Shown piece by piece: positions 13,290 through 27,010 of a stretch of DNA of 64,000 bases. Every line of letters starts with the position of its first letter. The first letter of the stretch is position 1. Location of the stretch: assembly GCF_006345805.1 (NCBI RefSeq), contig NC_043009.1:18848001-18912000 (forward strand). Reading direction: 5' to 3'. Position numbers and translations under genes: made by a program. This DNA comes from Octopus sinensis. Lineage: Eukaryota. A model generated the notes under the pieces. The model was not told the origin of the DNA, did not search any database, and saw only the letters and a list, made by a program, of their open reading frames with translations.

Positions 13290-13909
13290 GGCTGCACAGT
13301 TTTAACAATTGCTGGTTAAACGAAGTTCTGCTTCCGTGAAATGGTGATCTACTGACGTTGTCAGCGAGAAGCAATGAAGTTATATAGAAGTTTCGTTAAG
13401 CAGGCAAGTTAATGAAATATTTCAGAACAAATACATCTGTCTGACGAATTTCAATAAATCATTTCTCCGCATTTTTTTATGTAAATATTTATTTGCAGCT
13501 CCTTTGTTTTTGTATCTGAATCAGTGGGTGTGCGTGTATATATATATATATATTATATATATATATATATAATATATATATATATACACACACATACATA
13601 TATATATACACACACATGTGTGTGTGTATGTGTACATTAGATGCTTCCCTCTCCAGCTGTTCAAGTAGGTGTCCACATTTTCATCTGCCTATATTACATG
13701 GGAATGAATATATTATTTTGGGCAATATTTTATAAATATGTACTTTCTTAAATCGTAAAAGATAGATTTTTTTTGTATTTTAATCCAATCAATACATTTA
13801 TGAGCAGTTTAGTCTCCTTTACGAAATATTTAAACAGGTTTATAACATCGTTAACCGATAAATAGAAAATCTAACCAAAAAATAATTTAATTTTTATCAT
13901 TATATAAAT

Positions 13910-14085
13910 ATTGGTTTCAAATTTTTAATACAGGTCCAGTAATCTTGGGTCGATTACATTAACCCCAGTGCTGAAGTGGTATCTATTTTATCGGTCCCGA
14001 AAAGATGAAAGGCAAAGTCAACCTCGGTAATGACTGACGAAATACCACTAAGTACTTATACGGCGTTCTAACAATTCTACCTGCT
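13910..14085 (-). mobile_element. SINE copy (14291 family, degenerate)
   Basis: gtcgattacatt.accccagtg...gatgaaaggcaaagtcaacctcgg core. Confidence 0.65.
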
Positions 14086-14290
14086 ACAAACCATCATATA
14101 AATATGCAATGTAATTTCTGAAGGCAGTTTTGGACCTTCGTGTATTGAAGTGATATTTAATGTTCATATAGAGAGCTGAAAAATGTTTAATCAATTGAAA
14201 GCAAAAACAATTTCAATACAATAAAGTCACATGTTAAAACATGCAATATACCGTTTAATTAAGATAATGTATTATTTAAGTACAGACTGA

Positions 14291-14530
14291 AGGCGGCGAG
14301 CTGGCAGGAGCGTTTGCACGCCGGGCGAAATGCCTAGCCGTATTTCGTCTGCCGTTACGTTCTGAGTTCAAATTCCACCGAGGTCGACTTTGCCTTTCAT
14401 CCTTTCGGGGTCGATAAATTAAGTACCAGTTAGGCACTGGGGTCGATGTAATCGATTTAATCCGTTTGTCTGTCCTTGTTTGTCCCCTCCGTGTTTAGCC
14501 CCTTGTGGGTAATAAAGAAATAGGTATTTC
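14291..14530 (+). mobile_element. tRNA-derived SINE, octopus-type, multi-copy in window
   Basis: ggcggcgagctggcag...gagttcaaattcc (B box)...gtcgactttgcctttcatcctttcggggtcgat. Related copies at ~10.6, 12.2, 14.0, 19.1, 31.7 and 56.9 kb. Confidence 0.85.
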
Positions 14531-14830
14531 GTATGTCTTTATCGTTCGGGTGAATGGTTTCTCTTCGAAACCGTTCAACATCAAGTGCTCAGTTCGTCAA
14601 GAATGTCCTCTCTCTCCCCTTCTGTACGTATTGGCTCTTGAGCCTTTGCTGCGGAGGTTGAAGGGACCGGGGGCATCCCGTGCGATCTAGGTTATAGGAG
14701 GACGGTCGCGGCGTTTGCAGATGGCAGCATTATCATCGTGTCCGAGGTGGATCACCTACAGATTGTGGGTGAAGCCAGCAAGGAACACGATGTGGTGGCA
14801 GGAGCAAAAATTAACCGAGAAAAATTAGTC
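14531..14830 (+). mobile_element. L1/Tx1-clade reverse transcriptase fragment
   Basis: VRVNGFSSKPFNIKCSVRQECPLSPLLYVLALEPLLRRL, similar to the element at ~39.4-39.6 kb. Confidence 0.8.
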
Positions 14831-14834
14831 GGCT

Positions 14835-15560
14835 TGTTTTAGTCCCACATCAATTGAATTCGGAGAACATGGCCCAACGAATGTCCTTCTGCGATTTGTA
14901 GCAGATGCTTGAAAAACGATCCCTTTTTGAAGATAATTGTAACAGGGACGAAAAATGGATCGCCTATAACAATGAGAAGCGCCAGCGATCATGGGAGAAG
15001 TGCGACGACCATCACATACAACCTTCAAAACAGGATTTTTACCTAAAGAAGGTTTTGCTTTCAATTTGATAGGATTGGAAGGGTATTGTCTTTTACGAGC
15101 TTCTTTCCATAAACAGGACCATCAATTCGGAATGTGTACCAACTGGAAGTGTCCAGAACTTGCTAATCGTAAGGGTATTGTCTTTCATCCCGATAATGCT
15201 AGACCTTACACTTCTTCGCAGATGCTGCAGACGTTTCTGAGGCTTGGTTGAGAAGTTTTGTCTCGCTCTCCATATTCGCCCGACCTTGCGCATTCAGATT
15301 CACTGAATGGACAGACTTTCAGCTCTGAAGAGGATGTAAAAATTCACCTGGAAGATTTTTCGCTAGTAAAAGCAGGAAATTTTTTGAGGAAATAGTGAAT
15401 CTGCGCACAAGATGGCAGAAGAAACTGAAACTAAAAAGCAATTATATAACTGAATATTGATTGAATATGTTTAAAATTAAACGGCAATTATATAAATGAT
15501 TGAATATGTTTAAAAGTTGCCTTATGTTCCCTTAAACTGAACGGAATTTTTTACTAAGCC
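14835..15560 (+). mobile_element. mariner transposase C-terminal remnant
   Basis: PFLKIIVTG, FHPDNARP and PYSPDLA motifs. Confidence 0.8.
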
Positions 15561-15779
15561 AATAGTGAATATAACAGAAATATTATTTTGTGCAAATCAT
15601 TTTAGGACAAAGCTTGATAAAGTAGTAATATAGTAAATTAAAATGTAATGACGCTAGAAAATACAAGTATAGACTTTGAAATATTAAATATATAAACATA
15701 TTCATATACATATACACAGTGCCAGTGCTTGTAGCAACATTTGGGTAACTCGACTGACCATTTCAGGAAATCCGTAACT

Positions 15780-16000
15780 TGGACATTATGGCTACGAAGA
15801 TACTCACAACGACTGGTAACTTCCATATCAGCAGTGACGCAGACAGAATCTATTTTAAATGGAGAGAAAGTAGAGGTAATCGATCAGTCCAGACAGCCTT
15901 TGAGCGCCGGATCATAACACTTAGGCAACATTTATTGAGACACAGATCACTTGATTTTCATAATATTATTACTGTAGAGTACAACTGCAATAATATCATG
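15780..16000 (+). mobile_element. Old R4/Dong-like non-LTR fragment
   Basis: ATKILTTTGNFHISSDADRIY resembles TRKIMT...HHPKSDIERLY in the RLE elements at 37 and 51 kb. Confidence 0.55.
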
Positions 16001-17359
16001 AAAATCAGTTGAAGAACTTCTGAAAAAGTAATCTGAGTGTACAGCCGATCCGTGTGAATCACAGGTAGCTGGACCGATCTACATAATCAGGGACTTAGCG
16101 GGGTAATATTCATCTTACCAGTATAACTACGCTTGCTTACGCATTCCTCAAGTTGGGAGGAATAGCAACCCCTCCTGGATCTGTTGTAAATACATCATAG
16201 CTCTTCTAGAAGCGTCCAACTTTGCTATCCAGGAACAGAAGATAACTTCTGAATACCTGATCAAAAATAAAGGAAATGAAACCAAGAAATTTCCATATTT
16301 TGATAAAAATTTTCGATTGTGCCGTATCAGTGTTAATATCAACTGTACCACCAACGGCCCAAAAATGTCCGGAAGATAGTACCTTGCCACTCAACATAAC
16401 ATTGTCGCTGAGATCAATGACAATGCTACACGCAAGAAGAACTCTTGAAGGCCATACCGTAGGTACACTAAAACCAGAATGTGTCCACATCTTTAAAAAT
16501 AACACTGGTGGAACATTTGAATAAAAACAGCAGCTTGATGTGAGTAAAACAGACTGGATATAATTATATCCGCCGGGGAGCGAAAAGAAAACAATTACTG
16601 TTGCAGAGAGCAACTCGAAAGATATATAGTCTCGTCAAAAACAGGAGTAAAGGAGAACATCTATGGATTACTTATGAGAATTTTCCAGATCTTCTATCAA
16701 GGCTTTAGATTTTTATTTGTCATATGTGGAATGGGTTACTTAACAACAGATCTGCATAGGATTAGAAATGCTTGGGTTCTCTAAAATAGAACAAGGCGAA
16801 CTCATTCACCGTCTCTAAATGTAATAGATTAGAGATACATTGAACATTTGTTAAAAACATTTAAGGAATTCTCCATTTCAGGTTCGTTGGTTTAAAACAT
16901 GCACGGAATCGGATATACAAATAGAATACACACGAACACATATAGACAATATTAGTAAACACACTAATACACTGAAATGACATGCGCATACACAGAAATA
17001 TGCACACACCAACCAATTCAAATAAACCCAAACCCAAAGAGCTAACTCAACTTAAACAAAAGCTCATTGTCACTGTGTTAATGACCAGCTTGGACACTGA
17101 AAGAAAGACTTAAATAAATCCCAAAAGCAAATACATAAATACATACATACATACATACATGCATTCATACATACATACATACATACATACATGCATTCAT
17201 ACATACATAAATACATACATACACACATACATACACACATATATGCGTGCATGTCAATTTGCATGAATGTATGTTTTTATATATGTGTGTTTGTAATCCA
17301 ATTTATTCTGTCTCTTGAAGGTCAGTAATATGTCATCATGCTGATCAAAGTCAACAAAA

Positions 17360-17740
17360 CTTGTGCCCCTTCAGGGTGTGTAAAGAACATTCTTCTCTAT
17401 GGAGCTGAAACATGAATAATGATGAAGGAGTTTCAATGTTCCCTCGTGTAGGATCAAAGCATATCAAGACCAAGAAAGAGATCGATAGAGACCTTCCGCT
17501 CGTCTGTTCTGTAAATGCTCAAAGAATATTAGGCTTTGTTGGCTACATACTAAACAACAAGGCACATTAGTTGTTATATTTTGGATTACCTTCACCCTGA
17601 AGGAGAACAAAGACCACTCAACTATATCGCTGTTATTGGTAAATTGAGCATCTACCAAGCTTTTGGAAATCAGAGGTTCCTAGTGCAGCATTGTGGGACG
17701 CACCCCTGCTGCGGCTGCTTGTAGAAGACCGAATGAACAA
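17360..17740 (+). mobile_element. RTE-like LINE 3' fragment
   Basis: NILLYGAET* resembles the LLYGxETW motif of RTE-clade ORFs. Confidence 0.5.
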
Positions 17741-18563
17741 ATGTATGCATGAGTGTGTGTATATATGCGCGGGAATAGGGGTGTCTGCGTGTATGTACTA
17801 ATTATTTTTATTGACATAAGCCTAAGTTACAGATATATACACAGCGGTAAGTTAGCCACTGTATTGCCGTCATCAATAGATAAAGTAGTCACGCAAAAGT
17901 TTACTAATTCTAAACAAACCGATGACTACAGAAACAATTTTCTTTTTCGTTGTAAAAATTTAAGCAGCGAATTCTAAAAGTTCGAAATTATTAGTGAAAA
18001 ATATTTTGAAATCACCTTTAAGACATTATATCTAATATAATGAAACTAAAATTATAATCTCGTAAACATAAGGTGAATATCTTTTCGTTCGTGCAAATCT
18101 TTTTAGAGGAGGGCTACATAGAAAATAAAAATATAAAACTCAAACAAAGATAACAAAAACTATTATAAAGAATTGGACGCAAAAAGATAGAAAGGCTGTA
18201 ACACACACACACACACACACACACACATGGATGTGTGTATATATATATGCGTGTCTGTGTATGTATAAGTTCACACGTGTATGTGATGCATGTGCGTCGC
18301 TTTGGTATTAAATATTTTATGCAGATATAGGGCTTTTTTCCAGAAACCGCAGGAAATTAAACGATGATTTGCTGTCATCAGCGAAAAAAAGAAAAGAGAT
18401 AGTCTTAAAAGAATATGTTACTTGAATTCATCCTGCTAAACAATTAAGGGTAAATGGTTGAATAAGTCATAACTTCGAGCAGTCTATTAGCACCGTTTTC
18501 TGTATAAGAAGCACTCTATAAAAGATTCTAAAGACTAAAATCAACAATGTAAAATGAACTTAC

Positions 18564-18630
18564 CATAAATGGACATTTTAATATTATTAGAAATAGAATT
18601 ATCTTAAATTCAGTGAAAATACATTGTTTC
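18564..18630 (-). other. Gene A putative 5' exon (mostly UTR)
   Basis: cttcgcAG acceptor and ATG|GTAAGT donor. Its ATG at 18576 would be in frame with the main ATG (MSIYA-MKSG...). Confidence 0.45.
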
Positions 18631-19734
18631 CTGCGAAGCATTTCAGTAAAAAATCAATAAAGCTGTAAAGATTTCCTTATATAGTGATAAGACATTTAAA
18701 TATAAGGAACTAAAACAAATGGCCACTTAAAATATATGCAGTATATGCACATATTAACTTTTTTCCAACACAGTCCAGTATTCCTGGTACAACTAAGCAT
18801 AGAGACTAGCTGGTATTTTGCTGTCATCAGTAGTACGAAAAGAAACTATTGTAAATTACTCTTTGTATCATAAAATACTACTGGTATACAATCAGTGCAA
18901 AATGAACAGAAAGCGACTGGAACAGAAACAGTAACATCAGGCAATCTATTACAGTGGGCTTTGTGGCTTATAAATCATTTTATAGGGAACTCAAGCTACC
19001 GGAAAGAATATTAAAAATAATGTAAAATCAAGATGCTTAAATGTTAGTTGTAATGGTTTCAAAATTTGACACAAGTTCAGCAATGTTAGAAGAGGGTACA
19101 GTTACTTACATCGACCTCAATGCTTTATCGACCTTAACGCATAAAAAGCAATGTTGACTTCGGTGAATTTTAAACTTAGATTATAGAGACCCGGGAAGAA
19201 GTCGTTACGAACTTTTACTGATATACTAATGAATCAGCCATCACGTAGCCTTCATGGGAAAAATAGCAATATTAGGAATAATATCTTGTAAATACACCAC
19301 TGGGAAAGGAGGGTTGCTGAATAACTACATTTACTGGATGTCTGACCATCGCTTTTCCAATTATCATACCACTTTATTAAACTCATTAAAACTCCTTACA
19401 TATTCGTATTATCATTAATATTCTGAATGTTGTAGAAATGAAATAGGAAGGAAGAAAATATAAAGTTTATTATATTATAATACAGGTGCTGTAAAAGCAA
19501 CAATCCCTTTAAGATACAACAGAAATTTGCTTTTAATGACAATTAATTAAGAAAAGTCAGTACGATTTCCCTTTCACTTTCCTTGTTTGCTCGGCGCTGG
19601 TTGCTTGAGGGTTCTGGTTATTTGCACTAGCAAATTATGTGTAGATTATGGCTGGCTGAAAAAAAAAAGAGCCATATTTAAGAACTCTCAGCACCAAAGC
19701 ATCTGTCTGAATTGGAAGTATATCCTATCATACT

Positions 19735-20430
19735 TATGTGCCCCATCGTGACTATAACCGCCAGTCTGCTAACTTTGGCCCTCCTATTACCAATACCTGG
19801 GAATCCGGCAAATAGTTGAACCAGAGCGTATACATACGCATTCACATATACATACACGTCCTAACACGGACCACATCCATCCAACAGATCTTTTCCATCC
19901 CCCAATATAAGACCCAACACATATAGTATCCTAAACACACACCACACCAACATAAATACTCCAAAGAATTTAAACAAATAATTAACCAAAACATAAACAA
20001 AAATACACAAACAAATACACGGATGCTTATGCGGGTTGGGCACCTGTTCACCCCCACCATAAACGCTACACATATAGAACCACTTCACACATTCCAATTC
20101 TACGAGGACACCGACTCTGAAAAGCACACACACATACATTTTCCACAAACGCATCTCCAGGAAACTTGTCACTTTGCAACAATCCCAGAGATGGTATTTT
20201 CGTGCCAAGGAACATAACTCTTAACTTAACCCTTGCTCGGTTTGTTTCGTCGTCTTTTTTACACTAACCACAAACCGGATGTCTTTTCCCCTCCAAATAT
20301 TGAGAACAGTCGCCATATTTTATTCCATAACTGCCATCTCTGAAGAGCGCAGGGTTACATAATTGGGTTGTTATCTAAGACTACGTTGAAACCCTAGTGC
20401 CACACCGATTGGTAAAATCGGTCGTATATA
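19735..20430 (+). mobile_element. Penelope-like terminal repeat remnant with decayed hammerhead motif
   Basis: ctgaagag, then complementary gcagggtt...aaccctagtgc stem at 20340-20400. The GAAA box is mutated. Confidence 0.4.
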
Positions 20431-20453
20431 TATATTTTTTTCCACACACACTT

Positions 20454-20504
<51 letters not shown>

Positions 20505-20689
20505 TGCATATGATGATATAGTATTTTCTCTAGACCCAAGTTTGTGTTTCAAATAAAGATCCATTAACTGGAATTTTTCAGTGGACGAAACGCAAACAGA
20601 CACATATGACTGGTGAAACTATTTATAGTAAATTATAGACCATTTCCTTTTTTTAATAAAATACGACTCCAACAAAAAAAAAGCATTAA

Positions 20690-21780
20690 ATGTTAATTAA
20701 AATCTAGCAATAAAGTGGGTGCTATAATATTTATAAAAATAGTAATGAAATTATTTAATCGTAAATACAACGAAAATATATTACAATTCTTTCAATAAAA
20801 AATTATGAGTCATAAAAATAGACCTAAAAATAGACCTTGGAAAATAATTTGGTTCACTTCTCCTTTGTCCCTAAATGTTAAGACTAACGTAGACAACAAA
20901 TTATTGTCTCTTTCAGATTAAACATTCCCAATATATCATAATTCAGGAAAACTTTTAACAGATGCTCAAAGTACCATACAGCTGCTACCCCAATATGAAG
21001 AACATTATAACTCGTAAAAATGACCACGTATCTACTCCCAGTTGTAACTGTCGAGACCCTCAAGCTTATCCACTTGACCGGGCGTGTATGATAAACTCCG
21101 TTATGTATGAGACAGAAGTAACGGCAACGCTTCATGATAAATCAATTCAAAAGAAGAATCACATGTTATATGAAGGTGAACTCAAAAAACATTATACAAA
21201 CCATTTTCTTTCCGATATATCGACAAAAATAATGCAACAAAGTTGGCTAACCACGTATGGAATTTGAAGATCAGCTCCACACCACATACAATTAAGTGGA
21301 GGATCATGGAGAAATCCAAACCGTATTTTGATGGATCTAAGAAATGCAAATTATGCATAGTAAAAAGATTTCATATTCTTCTTAGATCCAACAATTCCAA
21401 CACACTGCTTAATTCCAGATCTGAAACTTTTAGCAGATGTAAACACATGGACAAGTTCTTTTATCGATCTGGAGGACACCACCCACTCCGGATTGAGTTG
21501 CTGTCTCGCAGACTTTGACATATTTTCTGTTATTTTGTTCTATACCATCTGTATTTAATGTGGTGTCTGCAATGAGGGAGGACGAGCATCTTAGTTTCCT
21601 TGATTTTTTCTTATTGTTCTTTACGTTTTTCACATCTTATATTCCCACTGTCTAATGTCCTTGTTTTTAAAATATACATAACTCATAAACAGCCTGAAAG
21701 ATTGCTTGCAGATGCACGACATATTTTGTAAATATGCCTAGTTAAAGTATCATAAAAGCACGAAATTATCAGTACTTCTT
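20690..21780 (+). mobile_element. Penelope-like element 3' part (linker plus GIY-YIG endonuclease), degenerate
   Basis: IIWF, YSCYPNM, CNCR..YPL..C, LANHVWNLK...IKWRI...CKLC...LLNSRSE..SRCKH. Decayed ctga..gattgc...gcacgaaa motif at ~21693-21765. Confidence 0.8.
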
Positions 21781-22167
21781 TCGGTTGTGTATTAGATTGA
21801 TGTGTGTATGTATTTGTTGTGTTTATGTGTATGTGTGTATGCATGTGTGTGTGTATGTGTTAGAAAATAAAATGTGAGTGAGATATGTCAAGTGTCTCAA
21901 TGAAACGATTTCATATAATTTATCCCTTCAAACTATTTACAATTACAGCAATAAATGTAGTAGTTCGAAGACTATGCCTAAACAAACCTCAATGAGAACG
22001 AAAGTAAATGTATGCTTCAAATCACCTGATTACACCATTCTTCCGTTTACAAAGTTTTCTACAACCATATTTTAATGGCACACAAATTAGTGGCGTAAAA
22101 ATTATGGTGAACTGGTTTCACATGACAAATGAAACTATATTATGATCTGTGCTTTTCAGTAACTCAC

Positions 22168-22214
22168 CTTCCATTACAATCCGCTTGCATCCAGGTGATC
22201 GATATTGTTTAACG
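22168..22214 (-). other. Gene A putative 5' UTR exon
   Basis: Poly-T tract plus atgtAG acceptor and consensus AAG|GTGAGT donor, 47 nt. Confidence 0.45.
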
Positions 22215-22539
22215 CTACATAAAAAAAAAATAAATAAAAAGATAAATTTAAATAAATGCCAAAACGTTAAACTTCAGTAAACGCAAATACTAGCAGATGT
22301 TATAGTTCCTCTGTTTCTTTGATATATATTTAATATATATTGATTACTAACTGTAGGATTTAATCTGCGTTAAATCTTATTTAAACTAAAATTATTATAC
22401 TAATATTTTGTTCCGTTTTCATATGGCAAAAATGAACATGATTCATTGATTTCTGTATATATGCACGAAACACACAAAATTTTTACCAGCTAATCCATCA
22501 CGTGCTATCCTACTATTTAGATTATAACTTATATATATG

Positions 22540-22908
<369 letters not shown>

Positions 22909-23116
22909 GGAGTAAACACATAAATGTGAAACAAGGTGGAAAAAAGAGTACTCAAATATCAGGGGTAAAGTAATATGCTTTATTTAAAGGCAGCAGAAAT
23001 TGGGCTGTTACCTAAGACTACGTTGAAACCCTATATATATATAAATGTGACCGCGTGTGTACCGTCGGCGATTTTTTTCCTCCGTCTTCCCTTCTTTGGA
23101 TCTTTCCTTTTCGTAT

Positions 23117-23151
23117 GTTTCTGACGAAGAGCTCCGCTCGAAACGTTAAAC
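23117..23151 (+). ncRNA. Minimal type I hammerhead-like motif in a short Penelope-derived repeat (~23046-23240)
   Basis: gttt-CTGACGA-a-GAGC-tcc-GCTC-GAAAC-GTT-aaac: stem I gttt/aaac, stem II gagc/gctc, palindromic stem III (AACGTT). Confidence 0.6.
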
Positions 23152-23254
23152 CTTCCTTCTTTCCTTCTTTCCTGAGCGTCCAATAATACTATACTTGTTC
23201 CACGTCCTCGCGTTGTTGTGTTTTCATGTTTGGATTAACTTTATATATATATAT

Positions 23255-23392
<138 letters not shown>

Positions 23393-23414
23393 TGATATAT
23401 AGAGACATAGATAG

Positions 23415-23583
23415 ATAATAGGACAATCAGTTAGTTGTCATAATAATACTCAGGGTTTCAGATGCCGGGGCTAAAAGACGTCCTCATTAGTTTTTGTCTA
23501 AATAACAGATGAGAATGTCTTTTAGGCCCGGCATCGGAAACTCTAAGTATTATTATGACAACTAACTGATTGCCCTATATTAT
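23415..23583. repeat. Long imperfect palindrome (~70-bp arms)
   Basis: caatcagttagttgtcataataatact...gatgccggggctaaaagac is mirrored by gtcttttaggcccggcatc...agtattattatgacaactaactgattg. Confidence 0.9.
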
Positions 23584-23663
23584 ATAGCTATAGATACATT
23601 CCTCTATTTACATAATATCGAGGTCTCATTCTTTCTTTTGTTTCCTATTATATATATATATAT

Positions 23664-23904
23664 AAACAATTGCAGCGTGGAAGGTGTTTATAAGTCATTT
23701 AAGAAACACACAAAACCGTTAGATTCACTTTAAATTAAATTTGTCAAAATATTTTTGTCGCTTTGAGACCGCGACCTGTTCACTGACAAAGCTTCGTGCT
23801 GCATCCTGATATTTTGACAAATTAAATTTAAATGTTGAAGTGAATCTAACAGTTTTGTGTGTTTCTTCAATGGCTTATAAACACCTTCCACGCTGCAATT
23901 GTTT
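23664..23904. repeat. Inverted repeat (~90-bp arms, ~55-bp spacer)
   Basis: aaacaattgcagcgtggaaggtgtttataag...ttagattcactt is mirrored by aagtgaatctaac...cttataaacaccttccacgctgcaattgttt. Confidence 0.9.
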
Positions 23905-24238
23905 TCGTTCCAGCACACTATCTCAGATCAAGTCACTTGCTATGCAGGTACATCTCCTATATATATATATATCAATAAATTTCAGAGTAGCAAAAAATTA
24001 TTTAGAAATTATTTGCTACCAGTGGTCTAGCGTGAAGAAAAAACTAGTCAATAGACTATATATCATTCATATAAATACAGTGTGCACTTTAGATATATAG
24101 ATATATATAGGTACTGTAAATTTAGAGTGAATACTTGATAACTGTAATCACCTGTATATGTCAGGTAGTGACAGTGGTGAGAGAATATATCAAATTTGTG
24201 TTTTGTTTTTAATTTATATTTGGTATATATATATATGC

Positions 24239-24292
<54 letters not shown>

Positions 24293-24917
24293 GTTTAAAT
24301 ATTTGTTGTGCAAGATTTTTTATGTGAAGTCGTGTGTTGAAACAGATATTGTTATATTTCGGAATGGTCATTTTGCCAGTTTAGCCAATAAAAACACACG
24401 CACTATATATTTGGTGTTTCTTTGCTTCAGTGTTATTTATTTTTTACATTAATCTTAATCTTATTTCGGCCAGAGTTCTTTCGTCACACTCTTGTGACCG
24501 CATCAGTGGTCCTTGTTTTCTTCTTTCTTATTTGTGTCTCTCCTTACTAACCGTCAGCCATTTTGTATTTCTATTGTATGTCTTCATTTGCGCATGCTTA
24601 TATCTCTATGTGCGTTTATGTTTATTTAGTGTGTGTATGTGGGGGATGCCTGTAATATTTGTATCTTCTGTTTATATATGTTCATGTAATTTGTAATTTT
24701 ATATGTTCATGTAATTTGTATGTTGTTTTTTGTTTTTGTTGTTTTTGTTTATTCTTATTTTGTTCGTGTGTTTACATCCACCTATTATTATCATTACATA
24801 TGCTTATATGTATGTATGTATGTAAAAAAATATAAACTGGGACAAGAACGCAAAACATTTAGAAGACGATACAAAAAACTCGGACAGGACATTCGAAGCC
24901 TTCAATCTTCAGTCATT

Positions 24918-24980
<63 letters not shown>

Positions 24981-25391
24981 TTGTAAAAAATGAAGTTCGA
25001 AAATGCTGCTGTATTATACAATTTTTAATTTTTATATATACATTATAACATGTTTCAGTTCCTGAAATGAACCTTATCAAAAAAAGTTATATATAAAAAG
25101 AGACAGCTCATGCCGTCAAACACAAGAAATTCATTTATAATACACAACGGAGTCAGACATCTTAGAGTTCATGTATAGTTGATATATAGTTCATGTATAG
25201 TTGATATATAGTTTGAAGTATATGTTCAAAGTTTTCGATGCAGTGGCCCACGGTGGCGATACGTATTCAATACAAAAAACAGATCAAAGTGGTGGAAAGC
25301 GGTCAATACAGAAGATTGATGTTTCCGAAAGAGCGAGGAATTCATTTTTACCTTAAGCAATTGTGATGACCCATGGTGGAAGTTCGCTGGG

Positions 25392-25429
<38 letters not shown>

Positions 25430-25848
25430 TTATGTATATATGTATATATATGTGTATATATACATATATATATCTGTAAATATAATATGTAACAATTATT
25501 CGGTAGCCATCTTTTTAATACTATTATCACGCATTTGATATTTACATTATTTCTTTATTATCCAGAAGGAGCCAAAACGCTTGATATTCACGTGTCAGCA
25601 ATCCAGAAAACATTTTTACTACTCAATACAAAAAACGCTTTTGTACTTAAGAAACACTGCAACAGCGCTATCATCAACATAGTTACAAGCAACAAAATAA
25701 ATATAGGTATACCAAAACAGTACACAACCTAAATAAAACTAAATGTCAAACAAAAAAAATGAAGCAAAGAAAATATATAACTATAGACAATTTAAAACTG
25801 GCTAACATTTCTATCCAACTATCAATAAAGACATATGTAAAGTAATTA

Positions 25849-26148
25849 GCGTGGCTTAGTGGTTAGGGCATTCGGCTTACGATCGTAAAGCCGTGAGTTC
25901 AATTCCCGGTGACGCGTTGTGTCCTTGAACAAGATACTTTATTTCAAGTTGCTCCAGCCCACTCATATGGCAAAAATGAGTAGTACCTGTATTTCTAAGG
26001 CTGGCCTTGTCACACTTTGTGTCACGCTGAATATCTCTGAGAACTACGTTAAGGGTACACGTGTTTGTGGAGTGCTCAACCACTTACACGTTAATTTCAC
26101 GAGCAAGCTGTTCCGTTGATCGTATCAGCTGGGACTCTCGTCGTCGTA
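25849..26148 (+). mobile_element. tRNA-derived SINE (third family)
   Basis: gtggcttagtggttagg (A box), gagttcaattcc (B box), then gtgtccttgaacaagatacttta core-like segment. Confidence 0.75.
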
Positions 26149-26239
26149 TATCATCAATTAACATAATCATCAAGAACAAAAACAGCATTTCACTCGTATT
26201 CTAAAATTTTTATTTATGACTTGAACTTATCAGACATTT

Positions 26240-27010
26240 TTATTCTATTGTTCGCATCCAAATGCCTCGATGACAAACCAAATATTTTAGGAGTGGTTTA
26301 AAGAAGTGTTCTTACTGAGTGTAAAAGAAAAGAAAAGGGAAGAATGACCTTCCGGAAGATAGCAAGTTGTATTAGTATTGAATAACTGCAGAACCCACCC
26401 ATGGAGCTGGGAGCTCCATAATTTTCTTAAATTTTATTATCTCTAAATGTGACAAACCTTATACAACCTTTGTATCAGGGCCTCATCCAAAGTTTGAAAA
26501 TACATTATCGTCGAGATTTCCCAAGTAACCTAGTTAACTATGAAAAAGAACCGAAAATTTCAATTTAAAGGACGGCATTTACGATACCTCTTGCATGGAA
26601 TAACGTAAAATCTAAGACTTATCAATGAGAAAGTCGTGGCCGATGGCCATTTTTAAGGTTGAAGAAGGTGCGGTTGATTTTGTGGGTTTTGGGATTACAC
26701 CACAACGCGAAGTAATTAGGGAGATATGTGCATTGTAAAAGACAAAGCAAGGCGTGAATGAAGAAGAAATTGAACATTTGGTTAATATTGATAGCGATAC
26801 TCCTATTGCCATATATTTGGATGATAAAGGAAAAATTTTTTATGCATTGATATACAGCATCTAGGGAAACGAAGATGAAAAGGAATCAAAGCCTAAAGTT
26901 TCGTTGAAGACATTGAGAGAGAGGCACCAGATACGTTTATTTTCTTTGTAGAACAATTAACGTACATCAATGTACATGTCGTTATGCAACGTCTATCATT
27001 AAGAATAAAT
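26240..27010 (+). mobile_element. pogo/Tigger-like DDE transposase remnant
   Basis: NASMTNQIF*EWFKEVF, VVLVLNNCRTHP, LIQPLYQGLIQSLKIHYR and AWNNV match the AWMT..F.EWF, LLLDN..AH and QP.DQG.I motifs. Confidence 0.75.
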
